From: a virus
IMG/VR virus record: IMGVR_UViG_3300045988_116732
Length of the DNA: 40,000 nucleotides
Direction: 5' to 3' (one strand)
The first letter of the stretch is position 1; each line of letters opens with the position of its first letter. Below the pieces are notes generated by a model. It had not been told where the DNA came from, made no database searches, and saw nothing but the letters and a program-made list of their open reading frames with translations. Position numbers and translations under genes: made by a program. Below are positions 7,001 to 17,790 of this stretch, piece by piece.

Positions 7001-10000
7001 TGTCGTGAAGTCTATCGCATCAATGAAATCTGCAACCGTTTTCTTTAATGCATCCGGCACATGATTCTTATCTGTATTCTGATTAAATGCAGTTACAATT
7101 CCCTGTGCATTTTTTCTAATACGTTCCCGGTATCTTCTCCGCTCCTCAATATTTCTCTTCGCCGTACGGTTCTCTGACTGTGCCGCTTTCAGCTTCATAT
7201 ACTTATCGTTGCTCTGCTGTTTCACCTTTGCCAGCTTTGCTTCGTATGACTTTATTTTCTTTCTGATTTCCGTTTCTGCCTTTGCATCACGATAGGCCAT
7301 AGCCGAGCTGAGTTCTCTTCTCTGTTCATCCAAAGCCCTTTCATACTTCTGTTTCAGGCTGTCTCGTCTGGTCTTTTCCTGCTCTTTCAGTTTTTCGAAT
7401 CTTACACGGTATTCTGCATTCAGATTCTTTCTGTATTCCTGCTGCTTTGCAATCAGCTTCTGAGTTTCTGCCAGCACCTTTTTATTTGCCGCATCCGTGC
7501 TCTGCTCTATAAAGAATCTCCGGTAAATGTCTAATGCAAGGTCATATGCTGCCTGCTGCTTATTCATTCCAAAGATATTATGCTTTGCCGGTTTCATCTC
7601 ATTCATAGCATCAATCAATGCTATTGGCTGGTCATTCACAGCGGTATCCATATCCAATATGTAATTGGAACTCTGGCACAACTCATCCCATAAGGAATCC
7701 AGATACATACCGTCTTCCGAGAAAGTAATGTTTCCGAAATTCATCTTCCGGAATTTATCGTAGCTGTCATAGTAATGTGCCACTTCTTTCTTCTGGGCTT
7801 CATTCAATCTGATTTTCTGCCCTTTCAATGTTTTACGGAAAGAGTTATACACATCTGCTTCCACACTATCCACATCTGTACTTTCTTCGATAACCGGCAT
7901 AGCAATTTCCTGTACGATTCTTACCATATCTTCATAAGATACATTCTTTGTATCCTTCAGGTAGGCAAATACCTTAGTCAGATTGTCAGCCAGTTCCTTC
8001 GCATTGTAGGTGCTCTTATATTCCTGCTTGACCTCTGACGCAATCTTTCGCATGGTCTTTTCATCTATAGTCACGTTCTTAAGAGATTTAAAGCCATCCT
8101 CAATAATAGAACCCATCTCTTTTTCTGTATCAGAATACTCTTCGTCCAGGATTGCCATAAGGTCTTCGTCAATATCTATTGAGTATCTCTTCTCTGGGTT
8201 ATCTGTAATACTTTTGCCATTATCTGCTCTTCTGCTTCCGATATATTGTTCAGATATACTTCTTTCGGTATCTCGTATGCGAACTGAATCAGTTCTACCA
8301 CTTCTTCGTCCGTTTTCAATGCGTTGGCTACTCCCATTATTATATTTGTATCTACCCCACAAAAATCCAATCCCTTTATCAAATCCTTCATTGGTTCTGT
8401 AATTTTTCTTGAACCTTCCACTTTTCATTACCTCCTCTATATCGTCATGATATAATTCCACGTCATACTGTGCCAGCACTTTGAACTTATTTGCATTTTT
8501 ATCCGTCACCTTATACAGATAAAAATACTTGTCCGAAAATGCTGGATTAATTTTTCTGCTTATAAAATCTTTGCTATAATTATTTTTTTCTACTTCTGAT
8601 GCAAGTATAGCATATTCCCTTTTGCTAATGTAAACTTCTTTACTATTTTTTAAGATTGCATCTACATCAATAGAAAATACTGTATCCTGTTCAACTGCAG
8701 CTCTATTTACAACTTCCTTTCTACTAGCTTCATTATCTGTTTTATATTCATACGCTTTAATTCCCGCCTGTTTCAGTTTGTCTTTGGTCTTTTCTGAAAT
8801 GCTATCCGGAATTACAACTGCTGCAACCTCATCGAATCCTACAGCTCTTTGTGGTTTTCCTTCAAAGTACTTTACCGGAATATCTTTAAGGATTGTTCCC
8901 AAGCGCACAATATCATTCGCTATGTTGCTCGAAATATTTTTATAATATTTCTGCATGCTTTTTTGTATCTTTTCCGGCTTTAAACCTCCCTTTACTGCCT
9001 CAATAATATTTCTCCCTGCTATATCTCGGTCAAAAAAAGAATTATCAGAAATAGTTTTATTATTATCCACAATTTCGCTTACAATCTTTTGGTATAATTC
9101 TCTTGATTCACTATAGATTTCATCTACCTGCTCTGGCGTCAAATCAAGTAATCTTCCCTCCTGTTTCTTTATATCCTCTATGCTCTTAAAGTCTTTTGAT
9201 ACTGCTGCTCTTACCTCTCCTATTCCTGGTATAAGTGAACCCTCTTCATTCTTAACACCAGCACTTTTCATTGCTTTTACAATGTTTTCAATATTGTAAT
9301 CATCATGTAATGCCTCGAAGCTTCTCAAATTCCCACTGGCTGTATAATATTCTTTTCCATTATATATTCCTGCTTTTCCAATAACTGGTTCTGCTAATTC
9401 CAATGTATATACCTCAAAAGCATCCTGATTATCCTTAATTGTATTATTAACGCCATCTGTATATGAGTATCTGTCCTCTATTGGTTTTGCTTTTCCCTGT
9501 GCAATATCAAGATAGGTCTGATACTGTTCTTTTAATATATTGTAAATTTCTTTATCACTTTCCATATCTGACAGATTGTCGTTAATTTTTGTAGCCCACT
9601 TTTCGCCCAATGCTTTTAATGATGTTTTTTCTCTTATTGTGTCAATTAATCCCTCTCTCACTTTTTTATCATATACCAGTTTATCTACCGTTATATTTTC
9701 ATTGTTAAGATATTCTTTAACCGCACCTCGCCCCATAAATGATGGTTCTGCAGTTGGCATTCTTAAAACCGGCTCCACCTTCAGATTATTTTCCCTTATA
9801 AATCTTTCTTTTACTTCCATCATTTCACTTAATTTCATTGCTGCCGTTTTCAAATCATTTCCATTAAAGGCATTTGCATCAATATAGTTTGCGGAAGTCC
9901 CTATTCGTTCTGCCAATTTGCTCAATTCCTCTTCATTTACTTTATAATCAACTCTAGGAAATCTTGCTGTATAAGCATCTGCGCCAAATACTCTATTATC

Positions 10001-13000
10001 CGTATTTTTCGGGTCTACAGTTTCCTTCTTAAATAGTACCGAAATATCTCCGTATCCACTATGTCCAATCTGTTTTTTTGTAATTGCGATAGATGGCATT
10101 GGAAATCCACCAAGTTCTAGTGCTTTATTCAAGTTATCTTCTTTCAAATTATGCACTGCAATCAGATCTTTTCCCTCTTCCATGTTCACATCTAGTGAAA
10201 ATGTTTTTTCCGAATCAATATCCAGTGTCTCAGGTCCACCCAGTTCCATATATTTTTCAGCCGGTATAACTTTTATGGTATAATGTTCGCCCTCTTCTGC
10301 CGTTACATTTTCCCGCTTATAATTTTCCTGCGCCTTTGTCAATTCACCCAAAAACATATCTCTTATCCTTTGTGCTTCTTCTGCATCTGCTCTCAGTGCT
10401 TTCTTTGCTGTGCTGGATAATACATGATCATTCAGGTATGATGTGATTTTGTCATAAACTCCCTTAAAGAAATCTGCAATCGTTTTAAGGATGCTCTTAT
10501 GCTGGCTCTCTGTCATATTCTCTGACATATACTTGGAAAACGCTTCCACTCCCTTCTGGTCAGCAAATAGTCCTGCCACATAATCAAATACATACTCATT
10601 AGCAGAATCTTCATAGGTCTTTCCTTTTTCTACCGTCTTATATGCCTTATGGTACTGTTCAATAGTATTTGTAAGGTAAGCAGCTCCTTCTTTCGTTGTA
10701 ACATAATTCAATACCGTATCTACTACTTTCTGCATACCCTCATGATTATATGCCTCGGAGAATTCACCTAATTCATGCACAAGTGTAGTGTATTCATTAG
10801 TGGCGTTCCCCTTTCCGGTGGTCTTGGCTAATGCTATTCTTGATAATGCTTTCTGGAAGTTACCATTTTCTCCGTGCTCCAGTTCATCATTCAATTCAAT
10901 ATCAAGCCCGGTTTTCTTTGCTACCATTTCCACAACCGATTTCATGCGATTGTCAGATTTATCCAGTCTGTTATCGATTACAGAGCCGTTTCCCATCTTC
11001 ACAGCCTGCTGCACATTGGAATTCTGTAATAACGGACTTCTGCTATTCTCTCCAAGATAATACATTTCCAGCAAGGTTGATGGTGACATTTCACTTACAA
11101 TTCTTGCATTTATCGGATTATTCATAATACTTTCATATGATGTTTTACCCAGTTTTCCGGCATTGTAAAATACGGCTGCTGATTCCAGGTATGTAGGCAT
11201 ACTTTCCCCATTGTAATTTTCAATAACCGCATTGGCAGCCTTGGTATCATCAAATGTTGCAGCAAAATTATATAAATTTCTCATGGTAGGATTGTTTATT
11301 TCCACCGTCTTGTAGTCCACAATGCTTCCATCTGATAGCTTCACCATGGTTTTCTCCGGTGTACTCTCTGCTATTTCTACTACAATATTCTGTTTTCCAG
11401 TATTCTTATTTACCGCCTCTGTTACTCCGGTCTGATTTCTGCTATACGGTTGCACCGGTGCAACTTTCTGATTTTCTGCAGTAATACCTTCTGCATTTAC
11501 CATTCTGTCTGCTACATTATTTGTAGTATTCTCTATGGTGTTTTCTTCCTTTGTGGTAGTGGTATCTGCAGCATCATTCATTAACTTTTGAGCCTGCTGC
11601 TGTGCCTGTTCCTGTTCAGCTCCTTTTCTGACAAATCCCTCTGTTATAACCTTGTCCAGATTTACGTCTTCACTATTTGCCATGGACTCTATAATCTGGC
11701 TCATTTGCGAATCAGTAATATTATCTGCTTTTACTGTATCAGCAATCTGCTTTGCAGTAGAATTCTCCGGCATCTTTTCTGCTGTTTCCAGGATGGTGTC
11801 TCTCATTGTATTGTCCTGGTTAATAATCTTTCCCATTTTATGATACTGCACGGAATTTACGGTATTTGCTACTCCACCAAATACTGCACCAGAAATAGCA
11901 CCGGCTACGAAGTCCTGTCCTACCTGATTCCAGAACTGTTCATTAGCCGCTGTTTTTGCTTCGTCTTCTGACATTCCATTTTTCATATATTCCTTTACAT
12001 TTGTGCTATATTCAGATAATCCGCCATTAATCATGCGGTCTGCTGCTTCATCTGCAAAATCGGTAAATACTTCCTCACTGCCCTCGATTCCAGACTGAGC
12101 AGCCCAATCCAATATCTTTTTCTTAAATGTAGTTTTGGTTGGATTCTCCGCCATGCCATATAAATGGTCTAAGCTCAACTTTTCAAATCCTGCCTCTGCT
12201 GCTGCATTGGCAATTCCAATAGCGGCGGCTTTATTCGTATCTACACCACGCTCAGACGCATCCACATATGCCTGGGAGCCGGCACTTGCCGCCATGATTC
12301 CAAGAGAAACCGGTTCGCTTCCTGTTGCCATGGCTGCAGCCGAATCTGCCATACTCATTCCAACATCGTATACGAACTTTCCTATTGTGGAATCAATGTC
12401 ATTTGATACTGCTTCTCTTTTTCGGTTTCTCGACTGTGTGAAGCGAGCGGAATACGGGTCATAAGGTGTATAGGCTTCATCTCCTCCGAAATAGTTCTTT
12501 GCCGAATGACCCAACTGGTCTACAAAGTCCGCTCCGGAAAGCAATGAATCACCTACAGACGTAGCAGATTCCTTTGCATTAATGAGGAATCCTTTTAATC
12601 CTTCCTGCTTTGTTTCCTCTTCCAGTTCTCTCCGTTTCTTTGTATCAATCTGGCGATTATGAATCCAGGAATAGTATTCTTCCATATCATCAGCGTTAAT
12701 TCCCTGACTTTCCAAGTTTTCTTTTGCGCTGTTATATGCCTTTTCTAATTCGAATGGGTCTCTGCTTCCAATTGTATCTCTTATAGCCTGTTCCTGCTCT
12801 GTTGCTTCCTCCTCGTCATGGTCTGTAATATACATCTGCATGACAGCCTGTTCCTGTTCCGGAGTGAGCTTCGCATAATCCTCTGACCATTTCTTGATTG
12901 CCTTCTGGTTTTTTCTTATGCTCTGCTCATTTTCGTACTTGTCGATTGCTGTATTACCTTCCAGTGCATCATGCTCTTCTGCAGACATGGTTTCCCCTGT

Positions 13001-13873
13001 TAATCTATTTCTGTATCCTGCGAGCTTTGTATCCTTGGTAATGTTTCTTGCCAGCACTGGACTATCAAAACTACCGTATACCGGTTCATAATTCTTAAGT
13101 TTATCTTTATTTCCTTCTTTTTCATCCTTCGCACTTGTAATTTTTGCTGATAATTCTTCATCAGAAAGACTTGCAAGCTCCGGGTCAGATAAGCTCTGAT
13201 AATATTTATCTATGTAGTCTGCATATTCCTTTGCAGTTTCCGGTTCTTTTTCCGGCATCCATGCTGTATTCTCCTGCTGCTTTAACGCTTCTTCAATCGC
13301 ACGTTTTCTTGCACCTTTAAAACTGCTTACTGCGTTTCCGTGCTTTCCTTTTTGATTTGAATTCAGTGTGCTTTTTGCATTATTATAATCTTCCACCGTC
13401 ATTGTCTCTCCAGTGCTTTCATTTCGGTACTCTGTCGGTGTAAGTTTTTCTCTGCTTCTTCCTGTCATTGTTTTATCTTCATTGCTGCTATCATATACCG
13501 GTTTGAAGCTATCTAATTTTTTCTTTGTTTCCCGGTTTCTTTTTGCAATATCCAAAGCTCCCTGTAATGCTCTTCCATTTTTTGACATTGCTCTTGCGGT
13601 CGTATTTGCCGTGTTCCGTACCTTTTCCAGTGCATAGTCAAATCCAGCAGGTTTTTCCTGCTGGTATCTGCTCATGCTGTTGTGAAAAACTGAAACATCC
13701 GGCGAAGCATTTCTATTCATTCTTGCCTGTCTAAGTTCTTCCAGGCTCTTTCTCTCTCCGCCCGATTCTCTTGTTATTGCAGCGCTCCGTGTATTCAGTT
13801 TTCTTTCTGTATTTTCATGTGTTCCTTCCTGCCTTTTTTTCTTTAATTCTTCCAAAGATAATCTGTCTGCCAT
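4013..13873 (-). CDS. Giant (3,286 aa) multidomain virion-associated protein; candidate internal/ejection 'polyvalent' protein
   Basis: Single uninterrupted 9,861-nt ORF with RBS AGGAG 5 nt upstream of the ATG. It lies between the tail/internal protein genes and the fibre genes. It has N-terminal internal repeats, a Gly/Ala-rich hydrophobic block (about aa 495-675), and many helical and globular segments. I cannot name a catalytic domain by eye. Confidence 0.85.
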   Translation of the reverse strand: MADRLSLEELKKKRQEGTHENTERKLNTRSAAITRESGGERKSLEELRQARMNRNASPDVSVFHNSMSRYQQEKPAGFDYALEKVRNTANTTARAMSKNGRALQGALDIAKRNRETKKKLDSFKPVYDSSNEDKTMTGRSREKLTPTEYRNESTGETMTVEDYNNAKSTLNSNQKGKHGNAVSSFKGARKRAIEEALKQQENTAWMPEKEPETAKEYADYIDKYYQSLSDPELASLSDEELSAKITSAKDEKEGNKDKLKNYEPVYGSFDSPVLARNITKDTKLAGYRNRLTGETMSAEEHDALEGNTAIDKYENEQSIRKNQKAIKKWSEDYAKLTPEQEQAVMQMYITDHDEEEATEQEQAIRDTIGSRDPFELEKAYNSAKENLESQGINADDMEEYYSWIHNRQIDTKKRRELEEETKQEGLKGFLINAKESATSVGDSLLSGADFVDQLGHSAKNYFGGDEAYTPYDPYSARFTQSRNRKREAVSNDIDSTIGKFVYDVGMSMADSAAAMATGSEPVSLGIMAASAGSQAYVDASERGVDTNKAAAIGIANAAAEAGFEKLSLDHLYGMAENPTKTTFKKKILDWAAQSGIEGSEEVFTDFADEAADRMINGGLSEYSTNVKEYMKNGMSEDEAKTAANEQFWNQVGQDFVAGAISGAVFGGVANTVNSVQYHKMGKIINQDNTMRDTILETAEKMPENSTAKQIADTVKADNITDSQMSQIIESMANSEDVNLDKVITEGFVRKGAEQEQAQQQAQKLMNDAADTTTTKEENTIENTTNNVADRMVNAEGITAENQKVAPVQPYSRNQTGVTEAVNKNTGKQNIVVEIAESTPEKTMVKLSDGSIVDYKTVEINNPTMRNLYNFAATFDDTKAANAVIENYNGESMPTYLESAAVFYNAGKLGKTSYESIMNNPINARIVSEMSPSTLLEMYYLGENSRSPLLQNSNVQQAVKMGNGSVIDNRLDKSDNRMKSVVEMVAKKTGLDIELNDELEHGENGNFQKALSRIALAKTTGKGNATNEYTTLVHELGEFSEAYNHEGMQKVVDTVLNYVTTKEGAAYLTNTIEQYHKAYKTVEKGKTYEDSANEYVFDYVAGLFADQKGVEAFSKYMSENMTESQHKSILKTIADFFKGVYDKITSYLNDHVLSSTAKKALRADAEEAQRIRDMFLGELTKAQENYKRENVTAEEGEHYTIKVIPAEKYMELGGPETLDIDSEKTFSLDVNMEEGKDLIAVHNLKEDNLNKALELGGFPMPSIAITKKQIGHSGYGDISVLFKKETVDPKNTDNRVFGADAYTARFPRVDYKVNEEELSKLAERIGTSANYIDANAFNGNDLKTAAMKLSEMMEVKERFIRENNLKVEPVLRMPTAEPSFMGRGAVKEYLNNENITVDKLVYDKKVREGLIDTIREKTSLKALGEKWATKINDNLSDMESDKEIYNILKEQYQTYLDIAQGKAKPIEDRYSYTDGVNNTIKDNQDAFEVYTLELAEPVIGKAGIYNGKEYYTASGNLRSFEALHDDYNIENIVKAMKSAGVKNEEGSLIPGIGEVRAAVSKDFKSIEDIKKQEGRLLDLTPEQVDEIYSESRELYQKIVSEIVDNNKTISDNSFFDRDIAGRNIIEAVKGGLKPEKIQKSMQKYYKNISSNIANDIVRLGTILKDIPVKYFEGKPQRAVGFDEVAAVVIPDSISEKTKDKLKQAGIKAYEYKTDNEASRKEVVNRAAVEQDTVFSIDVDAILKNSKEVYISKREYAILASEVEKNNYSKDFISRKINPAFSDKYFYLYKVTDKNANKFKVLAQYDVELYHDDIEEVMKSGRFKKNYRTNEGFDKGIGFLWGRYKYNNGSSQRIENGRRSGRTDSVRIRDTERSISEQYIGSRRADNGKSITDNPEKRYSIDIDEDLMAILDEEYSDTEKEMGSIIEDGFKSLKNVTIDEKTMRKIASEVKQEYKSTYNAKELADNLTKVFAYLKDTKNVSYEDMVRIVQEIAMPVIEESTDVDSVEADVYNSFRKTLKGQKIRLNEAQKKEVAHYYDSYDKFRKMNFGNITFSEDGMYLDSLWDELCQSSNYILDMDTAVNDQPIALIDAMNEMKPAKHNIFGMNKQQAAYDLALDIYRRFFIEQSTDAANKKVLAETQKLIAKQQEYRKNLNAEYRVRFEKLKEQEKTRRDSLKQKYERALDEQRRELSSAMAYRDAKAETEIRKKIKSYEAKLAKVKQQSNDKYMKLKAAQSENRTAKRNIEERRRYRERIRKNAQGIVTAFNQNTDKNHVPDALKKTVADFIDAIDFTTDRTNPNSVNSLKWYNALSQMQLKLSSEREAIAGDYEDIYNALMDGNSGDRKTSSLLDDISDFLNNNEGVRISDMDMNGLRYLDRLVSGLKRAITSVNQLYVNERAQNVEELGDNTIEELKTKKDKKVWNNDTLRGKAINKAENMLDANMLDPRSYFYRLGDSALSIYKGLRKGLNTRTEKIAEAQDYMQSQFGKIAEECGLTEKQLKSEMKKWTGRDAEVHEFDFGNKKLRMTTAQMMGLYELKNREQAKEHIKYGGLITTTKAGTKVYRNSEGIRLTEYEVGKICEELTPEQKKVADSMQQFMQNRCSAWGNATTMQMYGYRRFGGQHYYPIKTSGNTVDTKDQTSYWGVKNQGFTKKTMKNARNAIVVDDIFDVFTKHVTDMASYGSYTAALSDAMKWFNYRQKAGLDEHMSEDEVLDILNSKTSVKAQIERAYGKEYQEYFKKLVKDINAEGTGDVQVKFVDELVGNMKAASVAANIRVAIQQPTAYFRAMAVMDSKYLLKALTMKPAVHEVQEKAPIAKWKSWGYFETSIGQSMKEVITDHHTFKEGLQEKSMILAQQADDITWGVLWNAVKQETKALHPDIDVNSKEFTDLCVDRYDELIDQTQVVDSVLHRSQIMRSNNGWHKMATSFMAEPMKSYNMLANALRDWYEMPGKWNAGSKRFFKQTLKAYIITNVVNAAVQSFMDAFRDKKDDDTTYWERWLEDYKDNVIDNLNPIQLIPYFKDVFSIAQGYDVNRLDMQGLSKLFAGVKNVQKYATDADYRENHTWLEAAESLMSGISSVTGIPIYNVERDFKAIYNTTTGKYLGGIKRKNSRQYERMLDAYLSGDNAAYKEIEGELKEKGLEQKEITSKVKKEIKDGYLAGGISEKEAKKFLKEKAGQSDEEIWCTLEEWNYGETYQRLYDAIDNSINNGAARDAIFDYISEVKSKGGKENKDISGVVTREYKKKYLKAKEKGKYADMKNLLISIYMHLGYTNAEANKKIEEWSKKKTK
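11449..11464. repeat. Copy 2 (exact) of the palindrome GTTGCACCGGTGCAAC
   Basis: In frame in the giant ORF (aa 804-808, QKVAPVQPY), in a T/N-rich linker. Confidence 0.95.
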
Positions 13874-13881
13874 ATTTTCTC

Positions 13882-15036
13882 CTATCTTTTCTTTCTGTTA
13901 TTAAGGAATCCGCTTAAACTAGGTGTAGAGCTTCCTCCAGCCAATGTGCTCGATGTACTTCTTGCTGTTGGTGCATCAAAGCCAAGGTCGTCATATAGTT
14001 TATTCCATATTCCCTCGTCAATAATTCCTGCCTTATACAAGCTGTCTGCATATGAGCTTCCCTGTGATGCAGCTTTATTTTTTAGCTCATTATAGTAGCT
14101 GTTGCTGATTGTTCCGCTCGTTGCCGGCCGTGTTCCACCGGATGATGAACCAGAAGAACTCCTGCTTGAGCTACGTCCAGATGAACCGCTTCTTGCTGCT
14201 CTTGCCTGCGACAATGCGAATTCCTGCGCCCACTGGTCATCTGCGATTTGATCTCTCTGCATCTGATATTCAAACTGTTGCTGCCACTGGTCATCTGCAA
14301 CATTATCTCTGTCTACCTGATAGTTGTAATCATTCAAATACTTATCGTTAGTCTGTGAATTCTGAAGTGCATTAAACAGATAATCTCTGTCATTCTGCCA
14401 ATTACTTACTTTCTGCTGATATTCGTCAAAATCATTTCCATGAAGAATGTTATATGCATTCAATGCATTACTGGTATCATTCTGCCAATTCTGGTATTTA
14501 TCCTGATACTGTCCATATGCTCTATCCTCTGCCTGTCCCAATGCGGAATACTCATTATACATATTGGTGAGGTCTGTATTGTATTTATCTAATGCCTGTC
14601 CATAAAGATCCGGAATAATATCATTCAGCTTTCCAAGATATGCCTGGTATGCCTGAGAGCCTGCTGTTGCTCCATAACTATTGCCATATCCTCCGGATAA
14701 TGCTGCTGCCTGTGATGTTGTATCAAGCATTGCCTGTTTCCCCAGATTAGCATACTGCTCCTTATACTGTTGGTATAATGGGTCTGCATTGAAATCGTAT
14801 GAAAATGGCTTTTTATTCTGTATTCTATTTAAAATTGTATCAATTGCCCCCTGATACCTGCTGTTATAAGCCCCAGGCTTTGCATTCTGAGTGTCTGTAT
14901 AGTTTTTATAAGCATCCTGCACTCTCTGCGACTCCTGATAATCTCCAACTTTATTGTTCAGATGGTTATCAAGATTCGTCTGTGCTGTTCGTGTCCCGTC
15001 AGATATTACTTCCTCCCAGTTTTTATGATTCCCCAT
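13882..15036 (-). CDS. Q/N/Y-rich virion protein (candidate internal/ejection protein), function unknown
   Basis: 384 aa. Repeated D..YQ.WQND and ADDQW.Q.F motifs (18-aa unit at 14229/14283) and a Ser/Gly/Arg tract SGSSGRSSSRSSSGSSSGG. Immediately upstream of the giant gene. Confidence 0.75.
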   Translation of the reverse strand: MGNHKNWEEVISDGTRTAQTNLDNHLNNKVGDYQESQRVQDAYKNYTDTQNAKPGAYNSRYQGAIDTILNRIQNKKPFSYDFNADPLYQQYKEQYANLGKQAMLDTTSQAAALSGGYGNSYGATAGSQAYQAYLGKLNDIIPDLYGQALDKYNTDLTNMYNEYSALGQAEDRAYGQYQDKYQNWQNDTSNALNAYNILHGNDFDEYQQKVSNWQNDRDYLFNALQNSQTNDKYLNDYNYQVDRDNVADDQWQQQFEYQMQRDQIADDQWAQEFALSQARAARSGSSGRSSSRSSSGSSSGGTRPATSGTISNSYYNELKNKAASQGSSYADSLYKAGIIDEGIWNKLYDDLGFDAPTARSTSSTLAGGSSTPSLSGFLNNRKKR

Positions 15037-15205
15037 TGTCCTTACCTCCTGTTGATTCTTCTAGTGCCGATATCCTTGCATCTACCTGATTTAATGAATA
15101 ATTCAGTGTATCAGAAAGATTGTATAGAAAGCTCTTTAAGTTCTCTATATTCTGTTCATTTGACATGTTCTCTATATCTACATTTGGATAATCAATTTTA
15201 GCCAC
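15023..15205 (-). CDS. Small coiled-coil protein, function unknown
   Basis: 60 aa. Overlaps its neighbours by 8 and 14 nt (operon-style coupling). Helical, heptad-like sequence. Confidence 0.5.
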   Translation of the reverse strand: MAKIDYPNVDIENMSNEQNIENLKSFLYNLSDTLNYSLNQVDARISALEESTGGKDNGES

Positions 15206-17018
15206 TTACTGCACTTCCTTCCTGTATCATTTGTGCTATTGAATATACTTTAACTGCGCCTTTTCCGGATAAACGCAGCTTAAAGTGATCGCATCTCCTG
15301 ATTCTTATAGGAATCTGATAGGATCTCTTCTTTGTCCCTGTATACTCCATTACTTTTTGCCAGTTTTCCGAATCATACATGATTTCGATTTTAAAATAGG
15401 AATCAGGTTCTATCTCAACCCGTATAACAAGTTCCCTGATATATTTGTTGTAAATGGAATCAAGCCCCATGTCCCCAGTTATTGCATACCATTCCTGTTC
15501 TTCCTCTTCTTCTCCCACTGGGATTGCTCCTGGATACCAGTCTCCCGGATACATATACATTTCACCAAACCGGTCATCTTTTGGTGCAATTGACATAAAT
15601 ATCTGTTCGTAGTTGATAACCCATACCGTATTTTCATCATCCAGGAAGTATAGTCCACCGTCTGAATACGCAAATGCTCTTTTAACTCCTCTATCTTCTA
15701 TGGTCCATGTTCCTTTTGTGATATCATATACATATGTACGGTAATTGCTTCTTTCGTCCCTCATGCATATGTAATACTTGTCTCTATATCCGCCTGCCAC
15801 TGCGTCATAATACATTTCTTTTCCAAGGTTCCCCGATATCTTGCTTGGCAGGCCTCCACTATAAGCACATACGCCATCCCTGCTCTTGTAATATAAAACC
15901 TCATTTAATACAATCAGGCTCTTTTCTGAGCCAATTTGTACCCCACGCATAGGTTTCCATTGCAATTCATAATTCGCCGGCTTGTCACCGAATAGCTTAT
16001 GTACACCGCCTTCTTTGAAAAACAACACCGTTCCAGAATATGATATTGCTCCGGTAAAATCCCCTTCTGAACCTACCGTTGCCGCATAGCTGTCTGATGA
16101 TAAGCCCATATAACATCTCCAGTTCTTTGGGTCTCCCAGCTTACAGGCATATATTTCATGGTTTACAGAAGAGCACCCCCATAACCTATTATCCATTTCT
16201 GTTACAAAGTCCATATCCGGGACTGTTCTTTCAATGGTTATATTCTCGCTATTTTTAAACACTTTATTAATCAGACCTACAACAATTACATAATCATCAC
16301 TGCATCCATATAAAATGTTTGAGGTATTAAAATTGTAATCATTATATATCTCTGCTCTACGGTCTACTCCACTGAATGTAGCCACATCATACTCTTTAAA
16401 TCCTTTTCCGATTCCCGGAGATTGTATTTTCACATACGTTGTTCCTACCGATACCCAGGCAGATGAGTTTTCACTCCACATTTTCATTACAACAGTATTT
16501 TCCGATGTATCTATCCAGTAGTCATAATTTGTCTTGTCCGGCTCGCTATCTCCCGTATATGTTTTCTTTTCCGGGAAAACCGTTCCATCCATTTTGCAAA
16601 GCGTAAATGACGGTGGTTGGGTTGTTGTGACTGTGTTTTCCATCTCCGTCAGTGTCTGATCGTATATGTTGTACATTACTTTATCTGGGAATATGCAAAG
16701 GTATGCTCCCATTCTTACAAATGTTCTTTCCTTATCCCTGCAGGATTCTTTTAAATCACATACTTCAGACTGGTTATAATACAATTTATTCTCGGTCACC
16801 CACACCAGTTTATCTGTCCCATATAATCCACAGCAATCTGTAAGTACCCTTAACTTTCCTCTTGGAATTCTCGGAGATAATATCGGGTAATAATCTGCTG
16901 TCATATTTTCCATGTCGGAAAATTCACCATCCTGGATTCTTTCATTGGCATTGTACCCGGCAAATGCACTGAGTACCTTTGTTTCTGTCCGTATGCTCTG
17001 AAGGCTAGGTAATCTCAT
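15198..17018 (-). CDS. Large tail protein (candidate nozzle/tubular tail protein, beta-rich)
   Basis: 606 aa, rich in aromatic and Gly residues with a beta-strand pattern. The assignment rests on position after the adaptor-size gene and before the internal proteins (T7 gp12-like position), not on motifs. Confidence 0.45.
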   Translation of the reverse strand: MRLPSLQSIRTETKVLSAFAGYNANERIQDGEFSDMENMTADYYPILSPRIPRGKLRVLTDCCGLYGTDKLVWVTENKLYYNQSEVCDLKESCRDKERTFVRMGAYLCIFPDKVMYNIYDQTLTEMENTVTTTQPPSFTLCKMDGTVFPEKKTYTGDSEPDKTNYDYWIDTSENTVVMKMWSENSSAWVSVGTTYVKIQSPGIGKGFKEYDVATFSGVDRRAEIYNDYNFNTSNILYGCSDDYVIVVGLINKVFKNSENITIERTVPDMDFVTEMDNRLWGCSSVNHEIYACKLGDPKNWRCYMGLSSDSYAATVGSEGDFTGAISYSGTVLFFKEGGVHKLFGDKPANYELQWKPMRGVQIGSEKSLIVLNEVLYYKSRDGVCAYSGGLPSKISGNLGKEMYYDAVAGGYRDKYYICMRDERSNYRTYVYDITKGTWTIEDRGVKRAFAYSDGGLYFLDDENTVWVINYEQIFMSIAPKDDRFGEMYMYPGDWYPGAIPVGEEEEEQEWYAITGDMGLDSIYNKYIRELVIRVEIEPDSYFKIEIMYDSENWQKVMEYTGTKKRSYQIPIRIRRCDHFKLRLSGKGAVKVYSIAQMIQEGSAVSG

Positions 17019-17029
17019 ATTGTACCTCC

Positions 17030-17395
17030 CTAGTATATTGTTGCTCTTAATGAGCTTTTATGAGTCCGGTACCAGTAATTAGCAAAATCCTGGTATTTCT
17101 GATTAAACATAGCTGCTGAATTTGCGTATCTGTCCATTTCATTGTTATAATAATCAATCTGGCTCATAAGCCACTGGACATATAAATTGTCATATGGGGC
17201 AGGCACAAGAAGTTCTTTATCCATATCAGCTTCTGTATAAGGCTCTACCACTACATCCTCTTCACGTTCTTTTACGTTCAGGATTTCAATAGCAATTCTT
17301 TTATCCAATTCAGTGAGCCAATCTAACTTTTCGTTATCCTCATAAGTATTTGGTTCCAGATCATCCACCTTTGTTATTGCTTCATTTACCTTCAT
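17030..17395 (-). CDS. Candidate head-tail adaptor/connector protein
   Basis: 121 aa. First gene after the post-capsid terminator. RBS AGAAGGAGAG. Function inferred from position only. Confidence 0.45.
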   Translation of the reverse strand: MKVNEAITKVDDLEPNTYEDNEKLDWLTELDKRIAIEILNVKEREEDVVVEPYTEADMDKELLVPAPYDNLYVQWLMSQIDYYNNEMDRYANSAAMFNQKYQDFANYWYRTHKSSLRATIY

Positions 17396-17410
17396 ACATG
17401 TCTCTCCTTC

Positions 17411-17441
17411 TAAAAAAGAGGCACAACAACGCTGTGCCTCT
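17411..17441 (-). terminator. Intra-operon intrinsic terminator after the capsid block
   Basis: 9-bp stem, AGAGGCACA (17417-17425) with TGTGCCTCT (17433-17441). On the minus strand it is followed by TTTTTT. It lies between the 104-aa gene and the adaptor gene. Confidence 0.7.
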
Positions 17442-17464
17442 CCTCGTTTTAATGGAATCTCTTA

Positions 17465-17779
17465 TTAGTTTAAAGCCTTTCCTTTTGCAATAAGTTCCTG
17501 CTGTCTTCTCATTGCAAGCTGATCCATTTCTGTACTGTTTTTCAGAACTTCAAAGATTGGTTTCGGAATGGTTACCTCTTCCCCTCTTTTAATTCTGTAA
17601 TTATGTCCATTTAAAGATACGAAAATGTCTCCTTTTTCACCATCCAACGGTGCCATAAACTTAACATTTTCTTTCCATGGATCCACTTCTTCTACTGTTT
17701 CTGCCGCATCCATTACCTGAGTTTCTTCTGCTACTTTCGTTTCTTCTACTACTTTTGTTCCTTCTGTTTTTGCTCCCAT
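17465..17779 (-). CDS. Small acidic protein downstream of the capsid gene (possible decoration/head accessory protein)
   Basis: 104 aa. Repetitive acidic N-terminus (TKVVEETKVAEETQV) followed by a compact domain. Co-transcribed with the capsid gene upstream of the terminator. Confidence 0.55.
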   Translation of the reverse strand: MGAKTEGTKVVEETKVAEETQVMDAAETVEEVDPWKENVKFMAPLDGEKGDIFVSLNGHNYRIKRGEEVTIPKPIFEVLKNSTEMDQLAMRRQQELIAKGKALN

Positions 17780-17790
17780 ACAGTTGCCTC

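Noticed and set aside
4454-13734. Numerous plus-strand ORFs of 60-130 aa inside the giant gene (for example 6014..6385, 8010..8402, 9576..9887, 11588..11971, 12135..12464).
   Set aside because: All are antisense to one long, well-supported ORF. Their products are Ser/Leu/Phe/Cys-rich or otherwise low-complexity, and they have no RBS context. They are typical shadow ORFs.
4013-13873. Calling the giant ORF an N4-like or crAss-like virion RNA polymerase.
   Set aside because: Only size, position and the N4-type capsid protein suggest it. The DxDxD-like strings I can see (for example DIDED at aa 1900-1904) sit in acidic linker context. I cannot recognise T7-like motifs A/B/C or double-psi-barrel signatures by eye. 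It is left as a hypothesis to test, not an annotation.
14082-14351. ORFs 14082..14303 (minus) and 14109..14351 (plus) inside the Q/N-rich gene.
   Set aside because: They are alternative-frame or antisense readings of a repetitive, compositionally biased region. They have no RBS, and their products are R/Q/S-rich strings.
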